Below, piece by piece: positions 30,660 to 40,441 of a stretch of DNA of 64,000 nt. The position numbers were made by a program, and so were the translations under genes. A model generated the notes under the pieces. The model was not told the DNA's origin. It made no database searches and saw only the letters and a program-made list of their open reading frames with translations. The stretch lies in the IMG/VR virus record IMGVR_UViG_3300011989_000257, positions 128,001 to 192,000 of that record, one strand, 5' to 3'. Each line of letters starts with the position of its first letter. Position 1 is the first letter of the stretch. The stretch comes from a virus. Lineage: Duplodnaviria; Caudoviricetes.

Positions 30660-31373
30660 CTATGCGATTTCTTTCATTTTCGCAAGGGCCTCCCACTTAA
30701 TTTGTCTTACTCTCTCTTCTGTGAGGTTGAATTTTTTTGACAATGTGTACTCTGTCTCGATGCTATCAGTCAGCCCAAACAACCCACAAACAATGGCTTT
30801 CTCGACATCTTTCAAGCCACTAAGCAAGTAATTAATCTTGACACGCATATCCTCTTTCTCGCTGAATGTGTCACACTTCATATCAGATGCGAAAGTGTCG
30901 AGTAAAGTTTTTTCGCCGTCCTCGTCACTTGCGAGAGGTGCATCCATGCTTGCAGCATTGTAAGACTTTTTCGCACGAATTTCATGCACACCCATACGCA
31001 CTACCCTGCTATCGTTGTCGATACCGATATTAATATACTTTCTCACTTGCTCTAATGCCCAAGTGCTGAACATTGTTCCACGTGAAACATCAAATGTGTC
31101 CACCGCCTTGCAGAGACCTATTGAGCCATTTTGGAACATATCCTCAAATGGCATGATTGTGCCATAACTTGCAGCGATTGACCACACAATACGCAAGTTA
31201 GCGTTAATAACCTTATTACGAGCCACCTCAGAGCCATTGTGAGCCATTGTGATAAGTTCACGCACCTCGCTATCAGATAATGGCTTGCAGCGATTAATCT
31301 GTGAGAGCATTGCATCAATAACCTCGTTTCTTACGACGTGATTGTTACCTTTGAAATTCTTTGTCTGTGCCAT
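30660..31373 (-). CDS. RNA polymerase sigma-70 family factor
   Basis: Region 2 ANLRIVWSIA...DMFQNGSIGLCKAVDTFD..RG..FSTWA. Region 4 LTEERVRQIK. Confidence 0.9.
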   Translation of the reverse strand: MAQTKNFKGNNHVVRNEVIDAMLSQINRCKPLSDSEVRELITMAHNGSEVARNKVINANLRIVWSIAASYGTIMPFEDMFQNGSIGLCKAVDTFDVSRGTMFSTWALEQVRKYINIGIDNDSRVVRMGVHEIRAKKSYNAASMDAPLASDEDGEKTLLDTFASDMKCDTFSEKEDMRVKINYLLSGLKDVEKAIVCGLFGLTDSIETEYTLSKKFNLTEERVRQIKWEALAKMKEIA

Positions 31374-31961
31374 AACTTTTTAATTTTTATAAGTGAATAA
31401 CTATTGTTTCTTGTTTGCGAGTGCAAAGGTACAACAATTTTTTGAGAAAAAAGAAGGAAATACATTTTTTAACATGAATTTAATATCCATTAACAATTTA
31501 GTAAGTTTTTGATACTCAAATCTTTATAAATGTTAAACGGCTTATTTTAAGGCTTTCTAAGGCGTTTTAAGGTAATGAAATGTAAAAGTTATCAGAGAGA
31601 TATATAAAAGGCTGTCAGAAGGCTTAAAAATGGCTTTAAAATGGATTATTCGTATTTTTATGGCTATATGCGTGCGTATGTATGTGCGTGATTACCTATA
31701 TATGATATAATGGATAATAATAAGTGTATTAAATACAATTAATATTGATTTTATTGCACAAAAATGGTATTAATGTGCAATTTTTGTAAAGAAAGTGGAA
31801 AAATTTAGGGTAAAATGAAAAAAAGTTAGTAAAATGTTTGGTGGAATGAAAAAAAAGTCGTACCTTTGCATCGTCAATCAGAAATGATACAGACAAAGTG
31901 ATTTTTTACTTATTGAGACAATTTTCAGTTATTAACTTAATCTTTTAAATCCACAACGAAT

Positions 31962-32573
31962 ATGGAGAAAATGGAGATTATGGCAATTATTGCCAACGAG
32001 TTCGTTAAGGGTGCTGCAAGCACCGTAGTAGTTAATAAATTAGCCGATTCAGCAATGAATAAGGGCAAAGGTGAAAATCGAAATCCCTATTTAGGTAGGG
32101 TGATTATCGCCAAGGAATATTGTGGCTACGTCATGGGCACAGATTACTCCAATAGCCTTGAAAATACTGCTGATAGAATGGGCAATGGTGATGCGGAGGT
32201 CAATCTGAAACAGACATGGCACAAGCCTTGCAAGGTTTTTGGTGAATGGTTCAGCACTGACAGAGCAACAGAGAGCAAGATTTACTTGAAGTTGCAGCGC
32301 AATGCCAAGCAAGTTGGTTGCAAGACCACTACCACTTACTATCTTGATGGCCACAAGGCAACAGACGAAGAAGTTGCAGACATCGAGAATTGGCTGAAAA
32401 AGAAGAGCCATACCCAGAGCAGCACACAGATTGAAATGGGTATCGACAAGGAACATGAGCAGACGTTTATTCTTCCACAACTTGACACAATCGTTGAGAT
32501 TCGCCAAGGTGAAAGAGTTGTCGAGCCTTATGCGCTCATGCACAAAGTTGAGGAAATGGCAATGGCTTATTAA
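31962..32573 (+). CDS. Hypothetical early protein
   Basis: 203-aa ORF with its own promoter (31837) and terminator (32586-32614). Confidence 0.8.
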   Translation: MEKMEIMAIIANEFVKGAASTVVVNKLADSAMNKGKGENRNPYLGRVIIAKEYCGYVMGTDYSNSLENTADRMGNGDAEVNLKQTWHKPCKVFGEWFSTDRATESKIYLKLQRNAKQVGCKTTTTYYLDGHKATDEEVADIENWLKKKSHTQSSTQIEMGIDKEHEQTFILPQLDTIVEIRQGERVVEPYALMHKVEEMAMAY

Positions 32574-32711
32574 CAAGAACTTTAAATGGTGGGGAGCAAT
32601 CCTCACCATTTTTTGTGTTGTACTTAATTAAGTCGTAGTAAAAAAGATTTACAGAAAAAAGTTGCGAATTTATTTGGTCAATTCAGATAAATTTCGTATC
32701 TTTGCAGTGTA

Positions 32712-32986
32712 AAAGAAATAAGAGGTGTAAGGGCACATTTAACGTAGCGTTTTAGCGTAGTGTCGGTGGTAAGTCCCAAAACACCTTTAGGTAGGATAAA
32801 ACAAACCATAGCGAATGGTAAGGTGAGGGAAGTGTAGGAGCGTTGCAGCCAGAGAGCCACTCTCACGTTGGAATACCAAGATTGGGGAAACCTACCATTT
32901 TGATTGAGAATTTCTGTTCTGAAGTCATATATCGTGTTTTTAGGTGAATATGGATGGGTTGTGTCGTGAGACATGACCCATTTTTT
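32712..32986 (+). ncRNA. Putative structured ncRNA transcription unit
   Basis: Promoter 32673-32706, no credible sense ORF, stems AGGTGT/ACACCT and GGTAGG/CCTACC, and terminator 32954-32986. Confidence 0.65.
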
Positions 32987-33067
32987 GTATTATTATAGAT
33001 TAAAATATAAATGCCCCTACCTTATTCAGATAGGAGCATAGATGTACTTAATTAAGTCCAATGGTGC

Positions 33068-33376
33068 TTATAGTTGCACCCCTTGTAGTATTGGGGATGG
33101 AATATCATCTATCCATACATCAACTGCATCGTACACCTCGCAGCCACCGTGTGATGTCATAAAAATGGTTGTGGTGATGCTCTTATAGTTCACATCAAAA
33201 AATGTGTTGTTTCCAATGAACTTGCTGCCGCAGAAACATGGGTCGATGTTTAGGTTGTAGCCATTCAGTTTCTTAAAAGCGTCCTCAAATTTCATGGTGC
33301 TAACCAAACGGCACAAATCCTCTCTGTCTCTCTTAGCGAGTTCTGTTGCTAACTTGATGATAATTTCTCTTTCCAT
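33068..33376 (-). CDS. Hypothetical early protein
   Basis: Promoter 33404, A-rich leader. Confidence 0.75.
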   Translation of the reverse strand: MEREIIIKLATELAKRDREDLCRLVSTMKFEDAFKKLNGYNLNIDPCFCGSKFIGNNTFFDVNYKSITTTIFMTSHGGCEVYDAVDVWIDDIPSPILQGVQL

Positions 33377-33530
33377 AATCTTTAATTGTTATTGTTTTGC
33401 TGGTGCAAAGATACGAAAAAAAATTGGAATAGCCAAACGAAAACAGATTTTTTTTTAGATTTATAATAAAAAATGTGCTGACTATCCTCACGGATAATCA
33501 GCACCTATATTGCTTATGGTCAAATCTTCT

Positions 33531-33782
33531 TTACTTTGTCATGGCTTTGAGTTCAGCCTTGATGCGCTTTGCAGTCTCACCTCTCCAAGTTGATGCGTTT
33601 CCAAGGAAATAGAGCACGATGGTCTTTGCTGAATCAAACATATAGTTGTCGTTGATAGAATCGAGCGTAGCCATTGCATCGAGGTATGGCTTTGCACCGA
33701 AATATACGTTCTTCCAATCGTTCTTGATGTCACGTGCAATCTCATAGAGAGGTCTTACGTTTGTTGTAGTTGTCTTTGCCAT
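33531..33782 (-). CDS. Conserved phage hypothetical protein
   Basis: RPLYEIARDI..DW..VYFGAKPYLDAM...YFL.NA.TWRGE. Promoter 33816. Confidence 0.8.
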   Translation of the reverse strand: MAKTTTTNVRPLYEIARDIKNDWKNVYFGAKPYLDAMATLDSINDNYMFDSAKTIVLYFLGNASTWRGETAKRIKAELKAMTK

Positions 33783-33971
33783 AATCTAAATCTGTTATTA
33801 ATTGTTGTTTGATGGTGCAAAGATACGAAAAAAAATTGAATTGGCAAAGAGAAACCAGTTTTTTAACATTTAATTAACATAGTTATATCATTTTCTTAAA
33901 AAGTATTAATAGGTTTGGTTATCTCACTGGAATTTCGTATCTTTGCATTACATTAATAAGATATAGTGTAT

Positions 33972-34178
33972 ATGGAAAAGAGAATCAAGTTTCAATATCA
34001 AGTGAAGCAAGTCAAGGGAATGTTCTCCGTGAGCACCATTGAGCGTTACGAGGTGAAAGAACTTATTCACGTTTGCGACCCCAATAAGAGCGACAGAGAG
34101 AATCTTGATGATGCTTTCTCGAAGGCTTGTGACTTGGGCGCTAATCCAAACAAGCAAGTTAGATGGAGTTTTATTTAA
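33972..34178 (+). CDS. Hypothetical early protein
   Basis: Promoter 33914-33947. Confidence 0.7.
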   Translation: MEKRIKFQYQVKQVKGMFSVSTIERYEVKELIHVCDPNKSDRENLDDAFSKACDLGANPNKQVRWSFI

Positions 34179-34192
34179 ATTGAAATAAGATT

Positions 34193-34477
34193 ATGGATAT
34201 TACAACAGAGATTAACAAGTTAAAAGCAGTTGCCAAGGAGAATGGTTTGGAAGTGAGGTTTCGTGACCATAAAACAAATATGGGTGATTTCTGCATATTT
34301 ATCTATGATAAATCTGTAAGAAAATCATATATGGTTGGCTTTGATGGGTATTGGGATAGTAAAACCTTGCCGTTTGATGTATGTCTGCGTTCAGCATACA
34401 ATTGGATTAAGAAGCGTGACAAACGTTACACCAAGGTAGATGGTATGTGGGTATATAATACGCATTTAAATCAATAA
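34193..34477 (+). CDS. Hypothetical early protein
   Basis: Coupled ORF with an AGATTATG leader. Confidence 0.7.
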   Translation: MDITTEINKLKAVAKENGLEVRFRDHKTNMGDFCIFIYDKSVRKSYMVGFDGYWDSKTLPFDVCLRSAYNWIKKRDKRYTKVDGMWVYNTHLNQ

Positions 34478-34505
34478 TAGTTTGTACTTTTTTAAGTCTT
34501 ATAAT

Positions 34506-34751
34506 ATGTTAATATTAGCAAAGTGTATTAAAGAAACATACACATGGGAAGGTGATGGAAAACAGCACAAGTTTTCAAAAGTTAAACTTGGTCACACTTA
34601 TGCATTCTCAGAGACCGCTGGAACCTATTGGCTTGATGTGTTTGCATCACCAAATAGAAAAGACTTTGAGGATTGCAATGGTTGGGTTCAAGCTTGTAAA
34701 AGAGGTCTTGAAAGTAAATATTTCAATGAAATGTTTAAAAGGGTAGATTAA
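34506..34751 (+). CDS. Hypothetical protein
   Basis: Start reassigned to ATG at 34506. Confidence 0.6.
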   Translation: MLILAKCIKETYTWEGDGKQHKFSKVKLGHTYAFSETAGTYWLDVFASPNRKDFEDCNGWVQACKRGLESKYFNEMFKRVD

Positions 34752-34874
34752 TTCTACCTTTTATTTTTAATTTAAAATAACAATGGGATAGGCTAATAAC
34801 CTATCCCCTTTTTGTAGACCATTGAAGATGGGCTTCAATGGCAACAACGTTGCCGTTGTACTTATTTAAGTCCA

Positions 34875-35186
34875 TTAATAATACATTCTAAAGGCAAAGT
34901 ATTGTGTTTCCACCCCATGAGAGAGATTGAATAAGTCAGTTTCAATCATATCCATCAGCCTTGCATAGTCCAACGTGAAATCGAAATGGAAGTTTTCCAA
35001 TGGTGCTTCAAGGTCATTGAGGAATACAAGCATCGAATAGTCATGCGCACCTTTGGTAATATACACATGGCTATATTTCTTTGCAAAGTTATCATCGCCC
35101 TTGAATGACATTGTTCTCACACCATTATCAATGAGTGTCTGCTTAATGAGTTCTTGATATAAACCCTTTGTAGTTGTCTTTGCCAT
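34875..35186 (-). CDS. Hypothetical early protein
   Basis: Its 5' end and leader share about 21 bp of identity with 33531..33782. Confidence 0.75.
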   Translation of the reverse strand: MAKTTTKGLYQELIKQTLIDNGVRTMSFKGDDNFAKKYSHVYITKGAHDYSMLVFLNDLEAPLENFHFDFTLDYARLMDMIETDLFNLSHGVETQYFAFRMYY

Positions 35187-35188
35187 AA

Positions 35189-35569
35189 TTAGAATGTTCT
35201 GTTATATTTCTTCGTATATTCCTCTGGTTGCCACACTCCCATACCTATTGAGACTACATTATCTTTATATCCTACATACAATGCAGAATTAAGAAAAGCA
35301 TTGGCATCAAGTTTGGGGTCTTTTGGTACTAATTTAACTGCCACTTTATTATCTGGCCATATATTTTTTTCTACCTTAAGCCATTTTAATATTTCATCCC
35401 ACAGAGAGTTAAGCCACTCGTCAAATGGGGAATGACCATCTCTGTCTGATTCAACAATGCGGAGATATACGACTGATGTATATGGATAATACTCAACAAT
35501 GTCGAACCTATCCAATGTCAACGTATCTTGCAATGAAAATCCTTTTATTTCTCTTCTTAACCTTTTCAT
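35189..35569 (-). CDS. Hypothetical early protein
   Basis: Promoter 35591. Confidence 0.7.
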   Translation of the reverse strand: MKRLRREIKGFSLQDTLTLDRFDIVEYYPYTSVVYLRIVESDRDGHSPFDEWLNSLWDEILKWLKVEKNIWPDNKVAVKLVPKDPKLDANAFLNSALYVGYKDNVVSIGMGVWQPEEYTKKYNRTF

Positions 35570-35664
35570 ATTTTAATTATTATTTGTTGATGCAAAGATA
35601 CGAAAAAAAACTGAGATAACCAAAAGATTACCCCAGTTTTAACAATTATTTAAAGAGAATCAGA

Positions 35665-36321
35665 TTATGCCCAACATCTTGCCCTTGCCCTTGGTGACAT
35701 ATGCGCACCCTCATTCATGACATCAACGCCCTCGTCAGCAATCTTCTGTAATGTTCCGATTACATCTTCCATTTCCCCAATGGTTTTAAGGCACTTTATA
35801 ACCACTGTGGCAAGTCCAAGTTGACGTCCAGCACCATAAATGGCTTCATGGTCTTTGAAACGCTCACACACACCACTTTCTTCAACACCTTTCATGAGGG
35901 ATTTAATATCCTCCTTCATATCATCGAGTTTCCAAGCCATCTTCTCAACATACTGATAGGCTGCTCTCTCGTTTCTCTTTGCCATCTTCTGAATCTCAGC
36001 AAGCAAAGCATTAAGTTCACCATATTTCACAGAATATGTTGCCATTGGCTTGCTTATTCCCTTATGGGCAAGAATCTCATTGGCTATCTTTCCCCAAGAG
36101 CGATACGCATGGCTCTTATACACTTGGATTGATTTAAGTGTTGTCATTGGTTTCAGCAACTTTTCAATCTGCTCTGCCACCGCACTAATTTCCTTGGTGT
36201 TAGTATCACTTACCTTGGTAGCCTTTTTCTTCTTCTTGGCTTTCTTCTCCTTGCGATAGGTGGCATTAAACTCTGTCATGGTCATTTTAACACCATCAAC
36301 TATGATTGTACTCTCTTCCAT
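35665..36321 (-). CDS. Hypothetical basic protein
   Basis: 218-aa ORF with a Lys-rich N-terminus. Confidence 0.75.
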   Translation of the reverse strand: MEESTIIVDGVKMTMTEFNATYRKEKKAKKKKKATKVSDTNTKEISAVAEQIEKLLKPMTTLKSIQVYKSHAYRSWGKIANEILAHKGISKPMATYSVKYGELNALLAEIQKMAKRNERAAYQYVEKMAWKLDDMKEDIKSLMKGVEESGVCERFKDHEAIYGAGRQLGLATVVIKCLKTIGEMEDVIGTLQKIADEGVDVMNEGAHMSPRARARCWA

Positions 36322-36342
36322 AATAATATTTTGTTTTTAGGT

Positions 36343-36663
36343 TTAATCTTCAAGATAACTCTTTGTTGATATAAGATGTTCCAATGCAATCTCACGCTTC
36401 TCCTTGTCAGAGATTAATCCCCACATAATCTTGTGTAGGTCTTGTGTTTCGAGCACTGATATATTTCTCATTCCATAGCCATCATCAAGCCACATGGTTG
36501 AATTGCCTTGCTTCTGCAATGACACGATGCGCTTTCTTGTTGTATGCTTAATCACACCCTCCTTGAAAACCACATAGAATGGCTTGCGGAGTTTAATCTT
36601 GCCAGAGGTCTTGGAATCAACCTTCTCCTTGATTAACTTTAATGTCTTACTTCTTGTAATCAT
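36343..36663 (-). CDS. Hypothetical early protein
   Basis: True start is MITRSK, after promoter 36690 and an AGGAG leader. Confidence 0.7.
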   Translation of the reverse strand: MITRSKTLKLIKEKVDSKTSGKIKLRKPFYVVFKEGVIKHTTRKRIVSLQKQGNSTMWLDDGYGMRNISVLETQDLHKIMWGLISDKEKREIALEHLISTKSYLED

Positions 36664-36743
36664 AATTCTGTTTCTCCTTTTTATTATGGTGCAAAGATAC
36701 GAAAAAAAATTGAGATAACCAAAGATTATCCCAACTTTTTTTA

Positions 36744-38303
36744 TTAATCTATAGAAATTTTCTTCTTTGTCAGTTCTTGTTCTGTCAAATCCACGAAAAT
36801 CAACTCTTTTCTTGCCCTTGTAATGGCTACATACTTCAGGTTCATTTCTTGTTGTTCTTGCCATTTCTTTTGTTGTGGATATTTCAATGGCAGCTTGTTT
36901 GGCAATAAAATAAATACTCTATTTGCTTCCAATCCCTTGCTCTTATGTGCAGTTGATAAGGTCACAGCGTGCTCAATCTTATCATCAGTAAACATCTTAT
37001 TGATATAAGACTTCAACTGCATGGTATCTTTGATGGAATACATACAAATGTTCTCAATGCACTTGCACCTATCTTCTAAGTTGAGATACTTCATTGCGTT
37101 CTTTGCAGCAGTCTCGTCACATTTTCTTTCCTCTTTGATGATATTAATCATCTTTTTCTTTTCATCTTCCAAATATGCCAACACTTCTTTGATATTTGTT
37201 GTATTCGCATTTTCAATGAGGTTTTTAAGGTCTTGTGCAATGTCCTTGCCCTTGACAACTGCGGTAATGCCACTCTCAATCATTTTCATACAGAGACCTA
37301 CAAGGGGTGCAGATGTCCTACATAATACCATATCGTCCTCTCTGAACAGAGATTTATTAAGTTCCTTGGTATGATATATCTTCCCATCAATCGCCCCATC
37401 ATGCGCCTTAATTTGAGGTACGATTTCTTGTGCAAGCGCAATCATGTTTGTGCCACAACGATAGTTCACAGACAATGGCAATTCAATGGTATTGTCTTGG
37501 TTGGCAATCTTATCAAATGAGTTACAATCAGCACCTGCAAACCCATTGATGGCTTGGTTTCTGTCACCAACTGCGATAAATCTACCATTCTTTGCAGCGC
37601 ATAGCATCAACTCTCTTTGTGCTCTGTTAAGGTCTTGGCACTCGTCAATAAACACATACTTATATGATGGAATTGCTTCTTTATGAAACAATGGCAATAC
37701 AACCATGTCTGTATAGTCAATGGTTAAATCCTTTGGCATCTTATAAGCATCAGCAAGCAATATATTGCATACCTCAATTTCGTCATATAATGTAATGAGA
37801 TTGTGTTCATCACATAGTTCTCTCAACTTGGATAAATCATTCTCACTATGCTTAATGAGATTGACCCTTGCAAGCGCATATAACTTAGCCACATTGCAGC
37901 AGAAACCAAATACCTTTGCAGCATCCGTATCTGGGGTTATAATCCTTGACAATGAATATACATTCTGTTTCACATACTTCTGATACTTCCAATCATCCAC
38001 CTTGACAAACATCTTGTATTGAGGACAATTATAATACTTCTTTAATACATGAAAACCAAATGCGTGCAATGTCGATACCTCTGCATAACCTTTTAATTTC
38101 GTCTTTAATTCCTCTACAATAAGTTTATTAAACGCAAGAAATAAAACATTACGTTCTTTCTCTCCCAATCGCTTACAAGCAGAAACAATGGTTGTGGTCT
38201 TTCCACTACCCGCAACTGCATTGATGGCAATGTTCTCGCTACCATTCTCGACTGCATCGAAAATGTCCAACTGATAATCTGAATACTCTAATCTCTTTAA
38301 CAT
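36744..38303 (-). CDS. Superfamily 1 (UvrD/Rep-like) DNA helicase
   Basis: AVAGSGKTTT, DECQD, GDRNQAI, NYRC, STAHKSKGLE and YVAITRA. Start reassigned to MLKRLE just after promoter 38310. Confidence 0.92.
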   Translation of the reverse strand: MLKRLEYSDYQLDIFDAVENGSENIAINAVAGSGKTTTIVSACKRLGEKERNVLFLAFNKLIVEELKTKLKGYAEVSTLHAFGFHVLKKYYNCPQYKMFVKVDDWKYQKYVKQNVYSLSRIITPDTDAAKVFGFCCNVAKLYALARVNLIKHSENDLSKLRELCDEHNLITLYDEIEVCNILLADAYKMPKDLTIDYTDMVVLPLFHKEAIPSYKYVFIDECQDLNRAQRELMLCAAKNGRFIAVGDRNQAINGFAGADCNSFDKIANQDNTIELPLSVNYRCGTNMIALAQEIVPQIKAHDGAIDGKIYHTKELNKSLFREDDMVLCRTSAPLVGLCMKMIESGITAVVKGKDIAQDLKNLIENANTTNIKEVLAYLEDEKKKMINIIKEERKCDETAAKNAMKYLNLEDRCKCIENICMYSIKDTMQLKSYINKMFTDDKIEHAVTLSTAHKSKGLEANRVFILLPNKLPLKYPQQKKWQEQQEMNLKYVAITRARKELIFVDLTEQELTKKKISID

Positions 38304-38345
38304 AACATTTGCAAAGATACGAAAAAAAAGTGAGATAGCCAAATA

Positions 38346-38531
38346 CTATCCCATCTTTTTTGCACGTTCTGTTTTCAATTCATAATACTTTTTCAACTCC
38401 TTTGTTACGTATTCCTCGTATTTACGGAGTTCTTCTACCCATACCTTACAATCTTCTGCCGATATAGTTACACCTTGCCTACGAGCAACTGGAGTGGTGA
38501 GAATGGCAATCATGCTTTCTAATGCGTTCAT
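38346..38531 (-). CDS. Hypothetical protein
   Basis: Coupled ORF. Confidence 0.6.
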   Translation of the reverse strand: MNALESMIAILTTPVARRQGVTISAEDCKVWVEELRKYEEYVTKELKKYYELKTERAKKMG

Positions 38532-38533
38532 AA

Positions 38534-38803
38534 CTATGCTATTCTAACCACCATACACTTTTCAGCACCCCAATTCTTATAAGCACCGACAGAAAGCGCA
38601 TTGATAACCCTTATTTCATCATCTGTGAATGTACCATAATGTCGCATAGCCTTTGCAGTTGACTTAGGAACACAACGTACAACATTTGAAGTGTAGTCAC
38701 CCTTTTCGTCTGGAAAACTAATCAATTGAAATACTTTTCTTCCCTCATTGCCCTCTATACTACTCACAATGCGAGACAAATGCTCAATATTTCTTCTTGC
38801 CAT
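38534..38803 (-). CDS. Hypothetical protein
   Basis: Coupled ORF. Confidence 0.7.
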   Translation of the reverse strand: MARRNIEHLSRIVSSIEGNEGRKVFQLISFPDEKGDYTSNVVRCVPKSTAKAMRHYGTFTDDEIRVINALSVGAYKNWGAEKCMVVRIA

Positions 38804-38819
38804 ATTCTTATTAATCTAT

Positions 38820-38969
38820 TTAATTATCAGAACCATATACAATCTCATTGGTCTCAGTATCGAGAATGAACTTAGCACCATCATGTTCAGCAGATATTTG
38901 TGCATCCACTAAATCATCGTATTCATCAATAACTTCATCGTTGATGTCATAAACCTCAAAACGTTTCAT
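38820..38969 (-). CDS. Small acidic protein (49 aa, not in ORF track)
   Basis: MKRFEVYDINDEVIDEYDDLVDAQISAEHDGAKFILDTETNEIVYGSDN, with AGGAG leader and promoter 38999. Confidence 0.7.
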   Translation of the reverse strand: MKRFEVYDINDEVIDEYDDLVDAQISAEHDGAKFILDTETNEIVYGSDN

Positions 38970-39070
38970 ATTAATCTCCTTTTAATTGTTTTCTGTGGTG
39001 TAAATATACGAAAAAAAAATAAATCTACCAAAGATTTCACGTTAATTTTTATTTATTTCGTATAATATTC

Positions 39071-39331
39071 TTATTCTATTGAAATCGTGTCATAAGTTCC
39101 TCTCTCTGTCTTTTCCCAAGTGATTGTAAAGTTATCCACGACATCACCAAATTCCAAGTGCAATATTGAATGAATATCATCACAATTTGTAAATGAAACG
39201 TTTGTGCAGTTCTTGAAATGTCTTTCAACAATATCCTTAACAACACCCTTAAAGAATACATTGTAGATGTTGGTAATACCAATCTTCTTCAATGCTTCAA
39301 TGTTTGCTTGATGAAATGTTTTATTCTCCAT
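39071..39331 (-). CDS. Hypothetical protein
   Basis: ORF with a typical leader. Confidence 0.7.
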   Translation of the reverse strand: MENKTFHQANIEALKKIGITNIYNVFFKGVVKDIVERHFKNCTNVSFTNCDDIHSILHLEFGDVVDNFTITWEKTERGTYDTISIE

Positions 39332-39343
39332 AATCTTTTTAAT

Positions 39344-39532
39344 TTATAATACATATACATCTTCCCTTGTATCGTAGTGCTCATATTCAATGGTTTCACC
39401 CAAGAGTTTTGCAGTTCGCTTGCAATTCTTGACATCTTCCCACGTGCATCCCATTGTGGTACGATAGCAGAAACCATTGCGAATCCAATCAACTGAATAT
39501 ATCTTAGTCTTTTTGACTATTCTCTTTTTCAT
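39344..39532 (-). CDS. Hypothetical protein
   Basis: Coupled ORF. Confidence 0.6.
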   Translation of the reverse strand: MKKRIVKKTKIYSVDWIRNGFCYRTTMGCTWEDVKNCKRTAKLLGETIEYEHYDTREDVYVL

Positions 39533-39540
39533 CTAACAAA

Positions 39541-39828
39541 TCAATCTATTTTCAAAATATATTTTTCTGCTGCTTTGATATTATACATATTGCCCTTCGT
39601 TCTATTACCATCACCCCAAATATAATCCACACGATTATAATCTGGAATGTCATACTCACACGCAATTTGGTCAATGCCATTATGTGTATATTTATATACT
39701 TTGAGGTGCGAATAGCAATTGCCGTTCTCTGCAACAATCTTATATTTGCCGCCACCCACAACAACCAATGATTCTGATGAATAACTTGGTGAATCGTTCT
39801 TCACTAATACTTCAATCGTCTTTTCCAT
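39541..39828 (-). CDS. Hypothetical protein
   Basis: Promoter 39863, AGGAG leader. Confidence 0.7.
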   Translation of the reverse strand: MEKTIEVLVKNDSPSYSSESLVVVGGGKYKIVAENGNCYSHLKVYKYTHNGIDQIACEYDIPDYNRVDYIWGDGNRTKGNMYNIKAAEKYILKID

Positions 39829-40000
39829 ATTCTTTATCTCCTTTTAATTGTTATTTCTATGGTGCAAAGATACGAAAATATTTTGAATTGACAAAACAAA
39901 TTAACACATTTAACAAAAATAACATTGGGGTGAAAGCCGAATTGCCTTCACCCCTTCATCGTTCTCAAATGTAACAATTAAAAAGATTAGATTAGATTTG

Positions 40001-40081
40001 TTGGTAAGCATGGAATCGAACCACTCAAGTTTGCTCTATAGAACAGAGCGCAGTACAAGCCATTACTACTATTACTTACTA
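40001..40081 (-). ncRNA. tRNA-like RNA (degenerate, TCT in the anticodon position)
   Basis: TAGTAAG/CTTACCA acceptor-like stem, AGTA/TACT D-like stem, GCTCT-GTTCTAT-AGAGC arm, and TGG-TTCGATT-CCA T-arm. Confidence 0.55.
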
Positions 40082-40087
40082 AACTTG

Positions 40088-40201
40088 TTGGTAGAGGCGA
40101 ATTTGAATCGCCGAAGTCACCGAAGTGACACATCAAGCACGAACTTGATGCCCATTTGTCCACATCTACCCTTGCGGATAGTTCTCCTCTGGTATCTACC
40201 A
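40088..40201 (-). ncRNA. tRNA-like RNA with expanded D region
   Basis: TGGTAGA/TCTACCA acceptor, perfect T-arm GGCGA-TTCAAAT-TCGCC, variable arm GTCAC-TTCG-GTGAC, and a 7-8 bp arm with a 6-nt loop in the anticodon position. Confidence 0.6.
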
Positions 40202-40245
40202 AAAGGTGGTTTTTAATAAGTTGTCCACCGCAACCCTATATCTCG

Positions 40246-40354
40246 TAAGTAAGGTGCTTTCCGCTGAAAATCTTAATGGTGTTCTCGTCTTCTTCGTAAT
40301 GCCCTCACATCTTGAACTATTCAGAGGGATTTGTTCTCCATTTGACCTTACTTA
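40246..40354 (-). ncRNA. Putative structured RNA module
   Basis: First element after promoter 40377, closed by the 10-bp stem TAAGTAAGGT/ACCTTACTTA. Confidence 0.5.
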
Positions 40355-40441
40355 ATGTCTATCGTTTCATTGACGATGCAAAGATATATCTATTTTTCTT
40401 AAATCCCAAATTTTCGCATACCTTTTAACAGTTCTTAACAA

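Noticed and set aside
32678-32974. 98-aa minus-strand ORF, and similar ORFs at 39987, 39998, 45873 and 52165
   Set aside because: No leader or promoter support, atypical composition, and they overlap structured RNA elements or promoters.
34855-34873. E. coli Ter-like site (GTTGTA...AAGT)
   Set aside because: Spacing differs from Ter and no Tus-like gene is seen; kept only as an unidentified palindrome.
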